Assembly (NCBI GenBank): GCA_934621295.1
Contig: CAKTVB010000007.1
Location: forward strand, 6,494-70,493
Length of the DNA: 64,000 nucleotides
Direction of reading: 5' to 3'
DNA from: an uncultured Collinsella sp.
GTDB lineage: Bacteria > Actinomycetota > Coriobacteriia > Coriobacteriales > Coriobacteriaceae
Both the position numbers and the translations under genes were made by a program. Numbering within the stretch: the stretch's first letter is position 1; each line of letters opens with the position of its first letter. The notes under the pieces are model-generated. The model was given only the letters and a program-made list of their open reading frames with translations. It had not been told where the DNA came from and searched no databases. Of this stretch, positions 1-8,289 are shown in pieces.

Positions 1-1737
1 AAAGAGGGCGTGCTCGTGCGCGAGGAGAATCAGACGCTCGCCACCATCACCCTGCAAAACTACTTCCGCCTGTACGACAAGCTCTCCGGCATGACCGGTA
101 CCGCCCTGACTGAGGACGCCGAGTTCCGCGAGATCTACAAGCTTCCCGTCCAGGTGATTCCTTCCAACAAGCCCGTTATCCGCGTGGATCACGAGGACCT
201 GGTCTACCGCACCATCGAGGCTAAGTTCAACGCCGTTGCCGACGACGTCGAGGCTCGCCATGCCAAGGGCCAGCCCGTGTTGGTGGGCACCGTGTCCATC
301 GAGAGCTCCGAGAAGCTTTCCCGCCTGCTCGATAGCCGTGGCATCAAGCACGCGATCCTCAACGCCAAGTTCCACGAGCACGAGGCTCATATCGTTGCCC
401 AGGCCGGCCGTTACGGTGCCGTGACCATCGCCACCAACATGGCTGGTCGTGGTACCGACATCCTGCTTGGCGGCAACCCCGACGAGCTTGCGCGCGAGAC
501 GCTCGCCAATGCGGGCATCGAGATGGCCGACGCCACGCTCGAGCAGCTCGAGAACGCCCATAAGCAGGCTGTCGCCACCTGCAAAGCGGAGCGCGAGCGC
601 GTGCTCGCAGCCGGCGGCCTGACCGTCATTGGCACCGAGCGCCACGAGTCCCGCCGTATCGACAACCAGCTGCGCGGCCGCTCCGGCCGTCAGGGCGATC
701 CGGGCGAGACGCAGTTCTACTTGTCGCTCGAGGACGACCTCATGCGCCTGTTTGGCGGCGACAAGATGGACCGCATCTCCAACATGATGATCTCGGCGGA
801 CATGCCCGATGACATGCCCATCCAGCACAAGTTTGTGTCCAAGGCCGTGGAGAGCGCCCAGCGCAAGGTCGAGAACATCAACTTCTCCATGCGTAAGAAC
901 GTTCTTGAGTACGACGACGTCATGAACAAGCAGCGCCAGGTTATCTATGCCGAGCGCAACATGATTCTGGACGGCAAGGACCTTACCGACCACGTTTCCG
1001 ATGTCATCAAGGACACCGTGGCCCGCTGCGTGCAGGAGTTCTGCGCCACCGATAGCCATGAGGGCGAGCGCGACCTCGAGGGCCTGCACAAGTGGGTTGT
1101 GGAGCTTACGGGCAACGTGGATGCTCCCCAGTTTGCCGACAGCGCCTACGACGAGCTCAACGCCGAAGTGCTGGCGTATGTCCAGAAGTGCTACGACGCC
1201 AAGGCAGAGCGTCTGGGCGAGGACCTCATGCGCGAGCTCAACTGCCAGGTTATGCTGCGCGTGATCGACACCCGCTGGATGAACTACCTGCAGGAGATGG
1301 ACTACCTCAAGACCGGTATCGGCCTGCGTGGCTTTGGCCAGCGCGACCCGCTGGTAGAGTACAAATCCGAGGCCTTTGCCGCCTTCCAGACGCTTGTTGA
1401 TACCATGTACGAGGATTACCTGCGCACCGTTTTGCGCATCGAGGTCAAGAGCGCGCCTGCGCCTGCGCACGACGCTCCCGCCGAGCTCGAGGGCGCCCAG
1501 TACTCCGGTCCGGCCGAGGTCGATGGCGATGACGCCTCTGCAACCGTTCGCCGCGAGGCCGCCGCTCGCGCCCGCACCGCCGTCACGGGCGGCTCCGGCG
1601 CTACCAATTCCTTTGGCCACGTGCAAACCTACCGCAAGGACGAGTCGGACGACCCCTATGTCAACGTGGGTCGCAACGAGCCGTGTCCTTGCGGCTCGGG
1701 CAAGAAGTTCAAGAACTGCCACGGTAGGAACCGATAA
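1..1737 (+). CDS. secA: Preprotein translocase ATPase SecA, C-terminal ~578 aa (gene starts upstream of the window)
   Basis: Frame 1 is open from nt 1. SecA motor motifs are present (TNMAGRGTDI, GTERHESRRIDNQLRGRSGRQGDPG), as is the C-terminal zinc finger CPCGSGKKFKNCHG. TAA stop at 1735-1737. Confidence 0.95.
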   Translation, partial: KEGVLVREENQTLATITLQNYFRLYDKLSGMTGTALTEDAEFREIYKLPVQVIPSNKPVIRVDHEDLVYRTIEAKFNAVADDVEARHAKGQPVLVGTVSIESSEKLSRLLDSRGIKHAILNAKFHEHEAHIVAQAGRYGAVTIATNMAGRGTDILLGGNPDELARETLANAGIEMADATLEQLENAHKQAVATCKAERERVLAAGGLTVIGTERHESRRIDNQLRGRSGRQGDPGETQFYLSLEDDLMRLFGGDKMDRISNMMISADMPDDMPIQHKFVSKAVESAQRKVENINFSMRKNVLEYDDVMNKQRQVIYAERNMILDGKDLTDHVSDVIKDTVARCVQEFCATDSHEGERDLEGLHKWVVELTGNVDAPQFADSAYDELNAEVLAYVQKCYDAKAERLGEDLMRELNCQVMLRVIDTRWMNYLQEMDYLKTGIGLRGFGQRDPLVEYKSEAFAAFQTLVDTMYEDYLRTVLRIEVKSAPAPAHDAPAELEGAQYSGPAEVDGDDASATVRREAAARARTAVTGGSGATNSFGHVQTYRKDESDDPYVNVGRNEPCPCGSGKKFKNCHGRNR

Positions 1738-2895
1738 GTGTCAACAGAAATCATGACGACCTCGACCGAGGCCTTGGACGCCCTGAGTGCGCGTCTGGCC
1801 GAGGTCGAGGCTTATCTCCATTTAGATGAGAAGCGCGCCCGCGTGGCGGAGCTTGAGGCAAAAAGCGCCGAGGCCGGCTTTTGGGATAACCCCGATGCCG
1901 CCCGCACGCTGATGGCCGAGCTCTCCAGTTGCAAAGAGGACATTCAAGCTGTAGCAGATGCGCGCGAGGGTATCTCCGACGCGCGTGCTGCACTCGAGCT
2001 TGCCGACGAAATGGGCGGTGACGAGGAGCTGCTGGCCGAGGCGGCGTCTACCGCGCAGGCCCTCGAACACAAGATCGACGAGATGGAGCTTTCCAGCTGG
2101 TTTACGGGCGAGTTCGATCACGGCAACGCGATTCTCACCATCAAGCCTGGCCAAGGTGGCCTTGAGGCCCAGGACTGGACCTTCATGCTCTTTAAGATGT
2201 ACATGAAGTACTGCGCGCGCCGCGGCTGGAAGGTAACGGTCAACGACTGCCCTGCGGCTGAGGTTATCGGCATCGACCGCGCTACCATCACCGTTGAGGG
2301 CAAGAATGCCTTTGGCATGCTGCGCGCCGAGGCGGGCGTGCACCGCTTGGTGCGCATTTCGCCTACGGACGACAAGAAGCGTCGCCAGACTACGTTTGCG
2401 GGAGTGGAGGTTATCCCGGTGCTGCCCGACGATATTGAGGTCGAGGTCGATCCCGGCGATATTCGCGTAGACGTGTACCACGCAAGCGGCCCTGGCGGTC
2501 AGGGCGTCAACACCACCGACTCCGCCGTGCGCGTAACGCACATGCCTACGGGCATCGTGGTCACCTGCCAAAACGAGCGCAGCCAGATTCAGAACAAAGC
2601 TGCGTGCATGCAGATCCTCAAGGCGCGCCTCTACGAGCTGGAGCTGCAAAAGCGCGAGGAGGCTCTCGATGAGATTCGCGGTCCCAAGCATACGATTGGC
2701 TTTGGCAACCAAATTCGAAGCTATGTGCTCTATCCGTATCAGATGGTCAAAGACCTGCGTACGGGCGTAGAGACGGGCAATCCCGATGCTGTTTTGGAAG
2801 ACGGCGACCTGGATCCGTTCATCTTTGGCTACCATCGCTGGGCAACCGGCAATGCCGAGGGCCCGTCTGCAGAGGATACCTTGCTGGACGAATAG
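1738..2895 (+). CDS. prfB: Peptide chain release factor 2 (uninterrupted ORF, SPT instead of SPF tripeptide)
   Basis: GGQ motif (HASGPGGQGVNTTDSAVR), RF2-type context GVHRLVRISPTDDKKRRQTTFA and secA-prfB synteny. GTG 1738 follows AGGAA; ATG 1753 is an alternative start. Confidence 0.9.
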   Translation: MSTEIMTTSTEALDALSARLAEVEAYLHLDEKRARVAELEAKSAEAGFWDNPDAARTLMAELSSCKEDIQAVADAREGISDARAALELADEMGGDEELLAEAASTAQALEHKIDEMELSSWFTGEFDHGNAILTIKPGQGGLEAQDWTFMLFKMYMKYCARRGWKVTVNDCPAAEVIGIDRATITVEGKNAFGMLRAEAGVHRLVRISPTDDKKRRQTTFAGVEVIPVLPDDIEVEVDPGDIRVDVYHASGPGGQGVNTTDSAVRVTHMPTGIVVTCQNERSQIQNKAACMQILKARLYELELQKREEALDEIRGPKHTIGFGNQIRSYVLYPYQMVKDLRTGVETGNPDAVLEDGDLDPFIFGYHRWATGNAEGPSAEDTLLDE

Positions 2896-3015
2896 CCTAC
2901 GCTGGCGGAAGGGGCGGTTTTCGAGCCGCGTATCATCCGGTACAATCGGGAACGTTGATAGCTAAAGGGGCGCATCGCGAACGCTGCGGTGCGTCCTTTC
3001 TCATGAGGAGGAACC

Positions 3016-3906
3016 GTGGCGCATCGTTTGGATATCAAGCGCATCATCCAGTCGAACTTCGTCCGCGACCTGCCGATGATCGTGCTCGGTTGCGCTATCG
3101 CGGCGTTCGCGACCGATATGTTCATGATTCCCAACGGCCTTGCTGCCGGTGGTGTCACGGGCGTGGCGACGATTATCCAGGAGCTTGGCGCCCGAAACGG
3201 CCTGACGCTTCCCGTTGGTATGCAGACCATCGTGATCAACGCCGTGCTACTGTTGGCGGTGGCCCGTGCCGGAGGCCTGCTCTACGTTATCCAGACGGTG
3301 ACGGGATTTGTCTTGCTCGGCGTGTTCACCGATCTTTTTGCCCCCTTTGTCACGCCGCTTGGCGGCGACGAGCTGATGCTCTCCGCGCTTTGGGGCGCCT
3401 TGGCGTGCGGCCTGGGCTACGGCCTGGTGCTGCGCTGCGGCTCCAACACCGGTGGCTCCGATACCATCGGTCAGATTATCTCGCGCAAGACGTCGCTGCC
3501 GGTAGGCACCACCACCATGGTGATCGACGTTACCGTTTGCGCGCTTTCGATCCCCGTGTTCTCGCTTCTCAACGCGCTCTATGCAGCGCTTGCCATGGTG
3601 CTTATGGGCATTGTGGTGGATGCGGTGGTTGACGGCGGCAACAAGCGTCGCATGGCCTTTATCATCTCCGATAAATTCCCCGATATCGCGGCCGATATCC
3701 TGTATGGCCTGGGGCGCGGCTGCACCAAGCTGAGCGCTACAGGTATGTGGAGCGGCAACGACAAGCCTGTGCTCATGGTGATTTTGGAGCGTCGCGAGCT
3801 TTCGCCTCTAAAGTCCATCGTGGCGGAGCGCGATCGAGATGCCATCGTTATCATCTCCGATGTTACCGAGGCGTTTGGCGAGGGATTTAAAGAGCTGGGT
3901 GCGTAA
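3016..3906 (+). CDS. YitT-family membrane protein (DUF2179-type C-terminal domain)
   Basis: GTG start 4 nt after GAGGAGG. The N-terminal half is multi-TM with GGVTG and GGSDT motifs, followed by a soluble C-terminal domain. Confidence 0.75.
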   Translation: MAHRLDIKRIIQSNFVRDLPMIVLGCAIAAFATDMFMIPNGLAAGGVTGVATIIQELGARNGLTLPVGMQTIVINAVLLLAVARAGGLLYVIQTVTGFVLLGVFTDLFAPFVTPLGGDELMLSALWGALACGLGYGLVLRCGSNTGGSDTIGQIISRKTSLPVGTTTMVIDVTVCALSIPVFSLLNALYAALAMVLMGIVVDAVVDGGNKRRMAFIISDKFPDIAADILYGLGRGCTKLSATGMWSGNDKPVLMVILERRELSPLKSIVAERDRDAIVIISDVTEAFGEGFKELGA

Positions 3907-3908
3907 TG

Positions 3909-3941
3909 CAGCGGCGGGCATGTTGTCCGCCGCCGTTTTTT
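3909..3941 (+). terminator. Rho-independent terminator after the yitT-like gene
   Basis: GCGGCGG / CCGCCGC stem followed by TTTTTT (3936-3941). Confidence 0.6.
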
Positions 3942-4115
3942 ACATGGGTGAAAAAACGTTTGCGCCCACTGGCCGATTGATAACCCCGTAGCGCAGTTGT
4001 GCCCGGCAATGGGAGACGCTTGGTTCATAATGGGGAAGCGTACGTGTCGCTTTGCAAACCAAGGCGGCGCGGACGAGTTCGTAACCGACGACACAACGTG
4101 CGAAAGGAAGGCACC

Positions 4116-4949
4116 ATGAGCGATGAAGAGCTCAAGCACCTTGCCAACGAAGTGAGGAAGGGAATCGTCACCGGTGTCCATGCGGCGAAGTCGGGACATC
4201 CCGGCGGCTCGCTTGGAGCTACGGAGATCATGACCTACCTGTATTTTGAGGAGATGAATATCGACCCGGCCGATTCGCGCCGCGCCGACCGCGATCGCTT
4301 CGTGCTCTCCAAGGGCCACTGTGCGCCCGCTCTCTACGCCGTGCTCGCTGAGCGTGGCTTCTTCCCCAAGGAGGACCTGCTTACGCTCCGCCATATCGGT
4401 AGCCATCTGCAAGGCCACCCCAATATGAACGATACCCCGGGCGTGGACATGTCCACCGGCTCCCTTGGCCAGGGCGTCTCTGCTGCTGTGGGCATGGCGC
4501 TTGCCGCCCAGCACTGGAGCGATACCTATCGCACCTATGCCCTGCTGGGCGACGGTGAGGTTGAAGAGGGTCAGGTGTGGGAGGCCGCTATGTTCGCGGG
4601 TAACCATGCGCTCGACAACCTCTGCTTGATCGTCGACCACAACGGCCTGCAGATCGACGGCACCATCGAGGAGGTCAACTCCGCGATGCCCATCGCCGAC
4701 AAGTTCCGCGCGTTCAAGTTCCATGTGATCGAGGTTGCCGACGGCAATGACTTCGCCCAGCTGCGCGCTGCCTTTGCCGAGGCCCGCGAGACCCATGGCG
4801 CGCCCACGTGCATCGTGTGCGAGACCACCAAGGGCAAAGGCGTCTCCTTCATGGAGGGTCAGGTTGGCTGGCATGGCAAGGCTCCCAACGACGAACAGTA
4901 CGCTCAGGCCATGGCCGAGCTCGACGCTCATGACAAGGAGGGCGAATAA
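4116..4949 (+). CDS. Transketolase, N-terminal (TPP-binding) subunit of a split transketolase
   Basis: ATG 4116 follows GAAAGGAAGG. Motifs SGHPGGSLG, LSKGHCAPALYA and GDGEVEEGQVWEA are present. The 3999 start in the ORF track is an upstream in-frame extension. Confidence 0.9.
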   Translation: MSDEELKHLANEVRKGIVTGVHAAKSGHPGGSLGATEIMTYLYFEEMNIDPADSRRADRDRFVLSKGHCAPALYAVLAERGFFPKEDLLTLRHIGSHLQGHPNMNDTPGVDMSTGSLGQGVSAAVGMALAAQHWSDTYRTYALLGDGEVEEGQVWEAAMFAGNHALDNLCLIVDHNGLQIDGTIEEVNSAMPIADKFRAFKFHVIEVADGNDFAQLRAAFAEARETHGAPTCIVCETTKGKGVSFMEGQVGWHGKAPNDEQYAQAMAELDAHDKEGE

Positions 4950-5890
4950 TGGCAGACGTGAAGAGGATCGCCACTCGCGCGAGCTATGGTGAGGCCCTGG
5001 TCGAGCTGGGTGCCGAGCACGACGACTTCGTCGTATTCGATGCCGACCTGGCAGCGGCCACCCAGACGGCAAAGTTCAAGGCGGCCTATCCCGACCGCTT
5101 CTTCAACGCTGGCATCGCCGAGTCCAACCTGATGGGCATGGCTGCAGGTGTGGCCACCACCGGCCGCGTTGCCTTTGCGAGCACCTTTGCGATGTTCGCC
5201 GCCGGTCGCGCCTTCGAGCAGGTTCGCAACTCCATTGGCTACCCGCACCTCAACGTCAAGATCGGCGCTACGCACGCCGGCATCTCGGTGGGCGAGGACG
5301 GAGCTACGCACCAGTGCAACGAGGACATCGCCCTCATGCGCACCATCCCGGGCATGACCGTGATCGTTCCTGCCGACGACGTCGAGGCGAAGGCATGCGT
5401 GCGTGCCGCTTATGAGCTCGATGGTCCTGTCTACATGCGTTTTGGCCGCCTGGCCGCCCCCGTCATCAACGACCCCGAGACCTATGAGTTCGAGCTGGGC
5501 CGCGGCATCCGTATGCGCGAGGGTTCCGATGTGACCATCGTTGCTTGCGGCCTTATGGTCTCCGCTGCCCTCGAGGCCGCCGAGGCTCTTGCCGAGCGTG
5601 GTATCGATGCCGAGGTCATCAACATCCATACCATCAAGCCCATCGACGCCGATATCATCTTGAAGAGCGCCGAGAAGACCGGCCGCGTGGTGACGGTCGA
5701 GGAGCACTCCGTGATCGGTGGTCTGGGCGACGCCGTGGCCGACGTCTTGGTCCAGAACCACCCGGTTCCCATGAAGAAGATCGGCGTGGAGGATGTCTTT
5801 GGATACTCCGGTCCTGCGCTCGACCTGCTCCATGAGTTTGGTCTCGATGCCGAGGGCATCACCGAGAAGGTCGCTGCCTTTATGGCGTAG
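4949..5890 (+). CDS. Transketolase, C-terminal (pyrimidine-binding) subunit
   Basis: ATG overlaps the upstream TAA (TAATG). Motifs FFNAGIAESNLMGMAAG and THAGISVGEDGATHQ are present, and the gene is adjacent to the N-terminal subunit. Confidence 0.9.
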   Translation: MADVKRIATRASYGEALVELGAEHDDFVVFDADLAAATQTAKFKAAYPDRFFNAGIAESNLMGMAAGVATTGRVAFASTFAMFAAGRAFEQVRNSIGYPHLNVKIGATHAGISVGEDGATHQCNEDIALMRTIPGMTVIVPADDVEAKACVRAAYELDGPVYMRFGRLAAPVINDPETYEFELGRGIRMREGSDVTIVACGLMVSAALEAAEALAERGIDAEVINIHTIKPIDADIILKSAEKTGRVVTVEEHSVIGGLGDAVADVLVQNHPVPMKKIGVEDVFGYSGPALDLLHEFGLDAEGITEKVAAFMA

Positions 5891-5926
5891 CGCCTGACGC
5901 ATCGCAATCGCAAAGCGATTTTATTG

Positions 5927-5962
5927 GGCTCCGCTCGTCTTCTCGGCGAGCGGAGCCTTTTT
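5927..5962 (+). terminator. Rho-independent terminator after the transketolase genes
   Basis: GGCTCCGCTCG / CGAGCGGAGCC 11-bp stem followed by TTTTT. Confidence 0.65.
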
Positions 5963-6015
5963 GATGGCGCGCGAGGGCTGCCTTTCGTGCAAATGACGTG
6001 CAAACATATGCCACT

Positions 6016-6045
6016 TTGATGACGCGCCAGGTGTCTTGCTACAAT
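6016..6045 (+). promoter_or_regulatory. Candidate sigma-70-type promoter for ftsEX
   Basis: TTGATG (6016-6021), 18-nt spacer, TACAAT (6040-6045), ~45 nt upstream of the AAAGGAG RBS. Confidence 0.4.
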
Positions 6046-6089
6046 AGGTGCGCTCATGTAGTTTAATCGCACGACGTAAAGGAGCTTTT

Positions 6090-7262
6090 GTGGGTAACCA
6101 CTTCCGTAAGCCCGGAGACGGGCAAGCGGCGCCGAGGGTCGAGGACCCTCGGTTGTCGGTTGTCTCGGCAGACGATATCGTCGCTCCGGAAGACACGGGC
6201 TTTGAGCCCGTAACCGATCCCTTTGCATACACGCCTGCACCCGACGTGACCGCTCCGGTGGCCCCGTTCGATGCGGTCGACGCCACCGGCGATATCGCAA
6301 TGCCATCCCTGGATGCCGATATGGACCCGCAGGTTACGCAGCCCGGACTCCTCAACATCCCTTCGCCGACAGACCCTGTTGCTCCGTCTTCTACGGGTGC
6401 TTTCATGACCTCTGCCGGTGCGGTCGACCCCGCATCCACGGACGTTTCCGAGCAGATGCAGGTTGCCTCGCTTGATGCCGCCCTGCAGAATCCGGACTTT
6501 ACCTCCGTCTTTGCCCCGCAGGTGGATTCGCGTAAGAAGATGGCCCGCGATGCAGGTGTCGAGCCCGTTATCCTGATGGAGCATCTCACCAAGATCTATG
6601 CCGCACAGCCCAATAAGCCCGCGCTGGACGACGTGAACATCGAGATCTATCCCGGTGAGTTCGTCTTTCTCGTCGGCCACTCCGGCTCCGGCAAGACCAC
6701 GTTGCTTTCCACTTTGATGCGCGACGTCAAGCCCACGTCTGGCCGCGTGCTCGTGGCCGGTCAGGACCTGATGCGCATCAAGAATCGCAAGGTCCCGTTC
6801 CTCCGCCGTCAGATCGGCGCCGTCTTCCAGGACTTCAAGCTCCTGCCCAACAAGACGGCTTACGAGAACGTTGCCTTTGCCCTTGAGTGCATCGGCAAGC
6901 CGCGCGGTGTCATTCGCAGTCAGGTTCCCGAGGTACTGCGCCTTGTTGGCTTGGCAGACCAGATGGACTCCATGCCCGACCAGCTCTCCGGCGGCGAGCA
7001 GCAGCGTGTTGCCGTTGCCCGCGCTATGGTCAACCGTCCGCCGCTGCTGATTTGCGACGAGCCCACCGGTAACCTCGACCCCGCCATTTCGCTTGGCATC
7101 ATGAAGCTGCTCGAGCGCATTAACCGCACAGGTACCACGGTTATCGTGGCCACGCACGATCGCGCCATGGTCGACTCCATGCGCCGTCGCGTTATCGCGC
7201 TTGAGGCCGGTCATGTCATTCGCGACCAGGAGAGGGGAGGTTACGGCAACTATGGCGCCTAG
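6090..7262 (+). CDS. ftsE: Cell-division ABC ATPase FtsE with a ~160-aa Pro/Asp/Ala-rich N-terminal extension
   Basis: Walker A GHSGSGKTT, signature LSGGEQQRVAVARA and Walker B LLICDEPTGNLD are present. GTG 6090 lies 5 nt after AAAGGAG. The canonical FtsE core starts near 6570, and ATG 6541 is an alternative start with a poor RBS. Confidence 0.85.
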   Translation: MGNHFRKPGDGQAAPRVEDPRLSVVSADDIVAPEDTGFEPVTDPFAYTPAPDVTAPVAPFDAVDATGDIAMPSLDADMDPQVTQPGLLNIPSPTDPVAPSSTGAFMTSAGAVDPASTDVSEQMQVASLDAALQNPDFTSVFAPQVDSRKKMARDAGVEPVILMEHLTKIYAAQPNKPALDDVNIEIYPGEFVFLVGHSGSGKTTLLSTLMRDVKPTSGRVLVAGQDLMRIKNRKVPFLRRQIGAVFQDFKLLPNKTAYENVAFALECIGKPRGVIRSQVPEVLRLVGLADQMDSMPDQLSGGEQQRVAVARAMVNRPPLLICDEPTGNLDPAISLGIMKLLERINRTGTTVIVATHDRAMVDSMRRRVIALEAGHVIRDQERGGYGNYGA

Positions 7263-8199
7263 CAATCTGGGTTATTCCATCAAAGAAGCCAATAGGCACT
7301 TCTTCCGCAACTGGACCACGTCTCTGGGTGCGGTCATCACCATTTTCTTGTCGCTGTTCATCATCGGTCTGTTCATCGTGGGTTCCGCGATGGTCAATGC
7401 CGCAATCGGCACGGTGGAGCAGGAAGTTACCATCAATGCGTTTATTTCCGACGACGCCAGCGACGACGATATCGAGGCGTTCGAGACCGAGCTCAAGGGC
7501 TGGGACAACGTCAAAAACGTAACCTTCAAGACCAAGGAAGATGCTCTTTCCGACTACAAGAGCAAGGTGTCCAACAACGCCGATGCCACTATGTCGGCAC
7601 TTGACGGCGAGAACCCGCTGCCGCGTTCCTTTGTGATCGAGATGGAGGACCCCTCGCAGGTTGCCTCCACCGCCACGAAGATCAAGCAGAGCTCGAGCTT
7701 CCGCAAGATCGTTGACGACGACAACGCCGAGGTCGACGACAAGGATGCCGATGTCGAGGCAAGCGTCCTGTATGGTCAGGAGGAGGTTGGCCGTCTCTTC
7801 CAGGTGACCAACTACATCCGCATCGCCGCCATCGTGGTCGTGGCACTCCTCACGTTTATCGCCTTCATCTTCATCAACAACACGATTCGCCTTTCGATCA
7901 CCGCTCGTCGTCGCGAGATCGCCATCATGCGTCTCGTGGGTGCTTCGAACGGCTTTATCCGCGGACCGTTCATCACCGAGGGCGTTCTGCAGGCTCTGTT
8001 GGGCTCTGTGCTCGCCATCGGCGTGCTGGAGATCATCCGCAACGTGGGTATCCCCGCGCTGCAGAACAGCATCAAGTTCCTCACCTTTGCGATTCCCATC
8101 CAGATGTTTTTGGCCACCTATGGCGCGCTGCTTATCGTCGGCGTGGTCATTGGCCTGTTTGGCTCTGCCATCGCTATGAGGCGCTACCTTAAGGTATAG
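7252..8199 (+). CDS. ftsX: Cell-division permease-like protein FtsX
   Basis: ATG 7252 overlaps the ftsE 3' end. The topology is 1 TM, an extracellular domain and 3 C-terminal TM segments, with the motif RREIAIMRLVGASNGFIR. Confidence 0.9.
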   Translation: MAPSNLGYSIKEANRHFFRNWTTSLGAVITIFLSLFIIGLFIVGSAMVNAAIGTVEQEVTINAFISDDASDDDIEAFETELKGWDNVKNVTFKTKEDALSDYKSKVSNNADATMSALDGENPLPRSFVIEMEDPSQVASTATKIKQSSSFRKIVDDDNAEVDDKDADVEASVLYGQEEVGRLFQVTNYIRIAAIVVVALLTFIAFIFINNTIRLSITARRREIAIMRLVGASNGFIRGPFITEGVLQALLGSVLAIGVLEIIRNVGIPALQNSIKFLTFAIPIQMFLATYGALLIVGVVIGLFGSAIAMRRYLKV

Positions 8200-8225
8200 C
8201 CTGAGGACTCAAAGGGGTACACGAT

Positions 8226-8267
8226 AAGGGCGGGTCGCGGTTTGCGGCCCGCCCTTTGCTGTTTTTT
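8226..8267 (+). terminator. Rho-independent terminator after ftsX
   Basis: AAGGGCGGG / CCCGCCCTT stem followed by TGCTGTTTTTT. Confidence 0.6.
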
Positions 8268-8289
8268 CCAGATTGATTGGAGGCACGCC

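Noticed and set aside
1738-1830. Programmed +1 frameshift site in prfB (CUU UGA C-type autoregulation).
   Set aside because: The ORF is continuous. The region homologous to the E. coli shift site reads gct tat ctc cat tta gat (AYLHLD) with no in-frame stop, so there is no frameshift here. This is noted as context in the RF2 finding.
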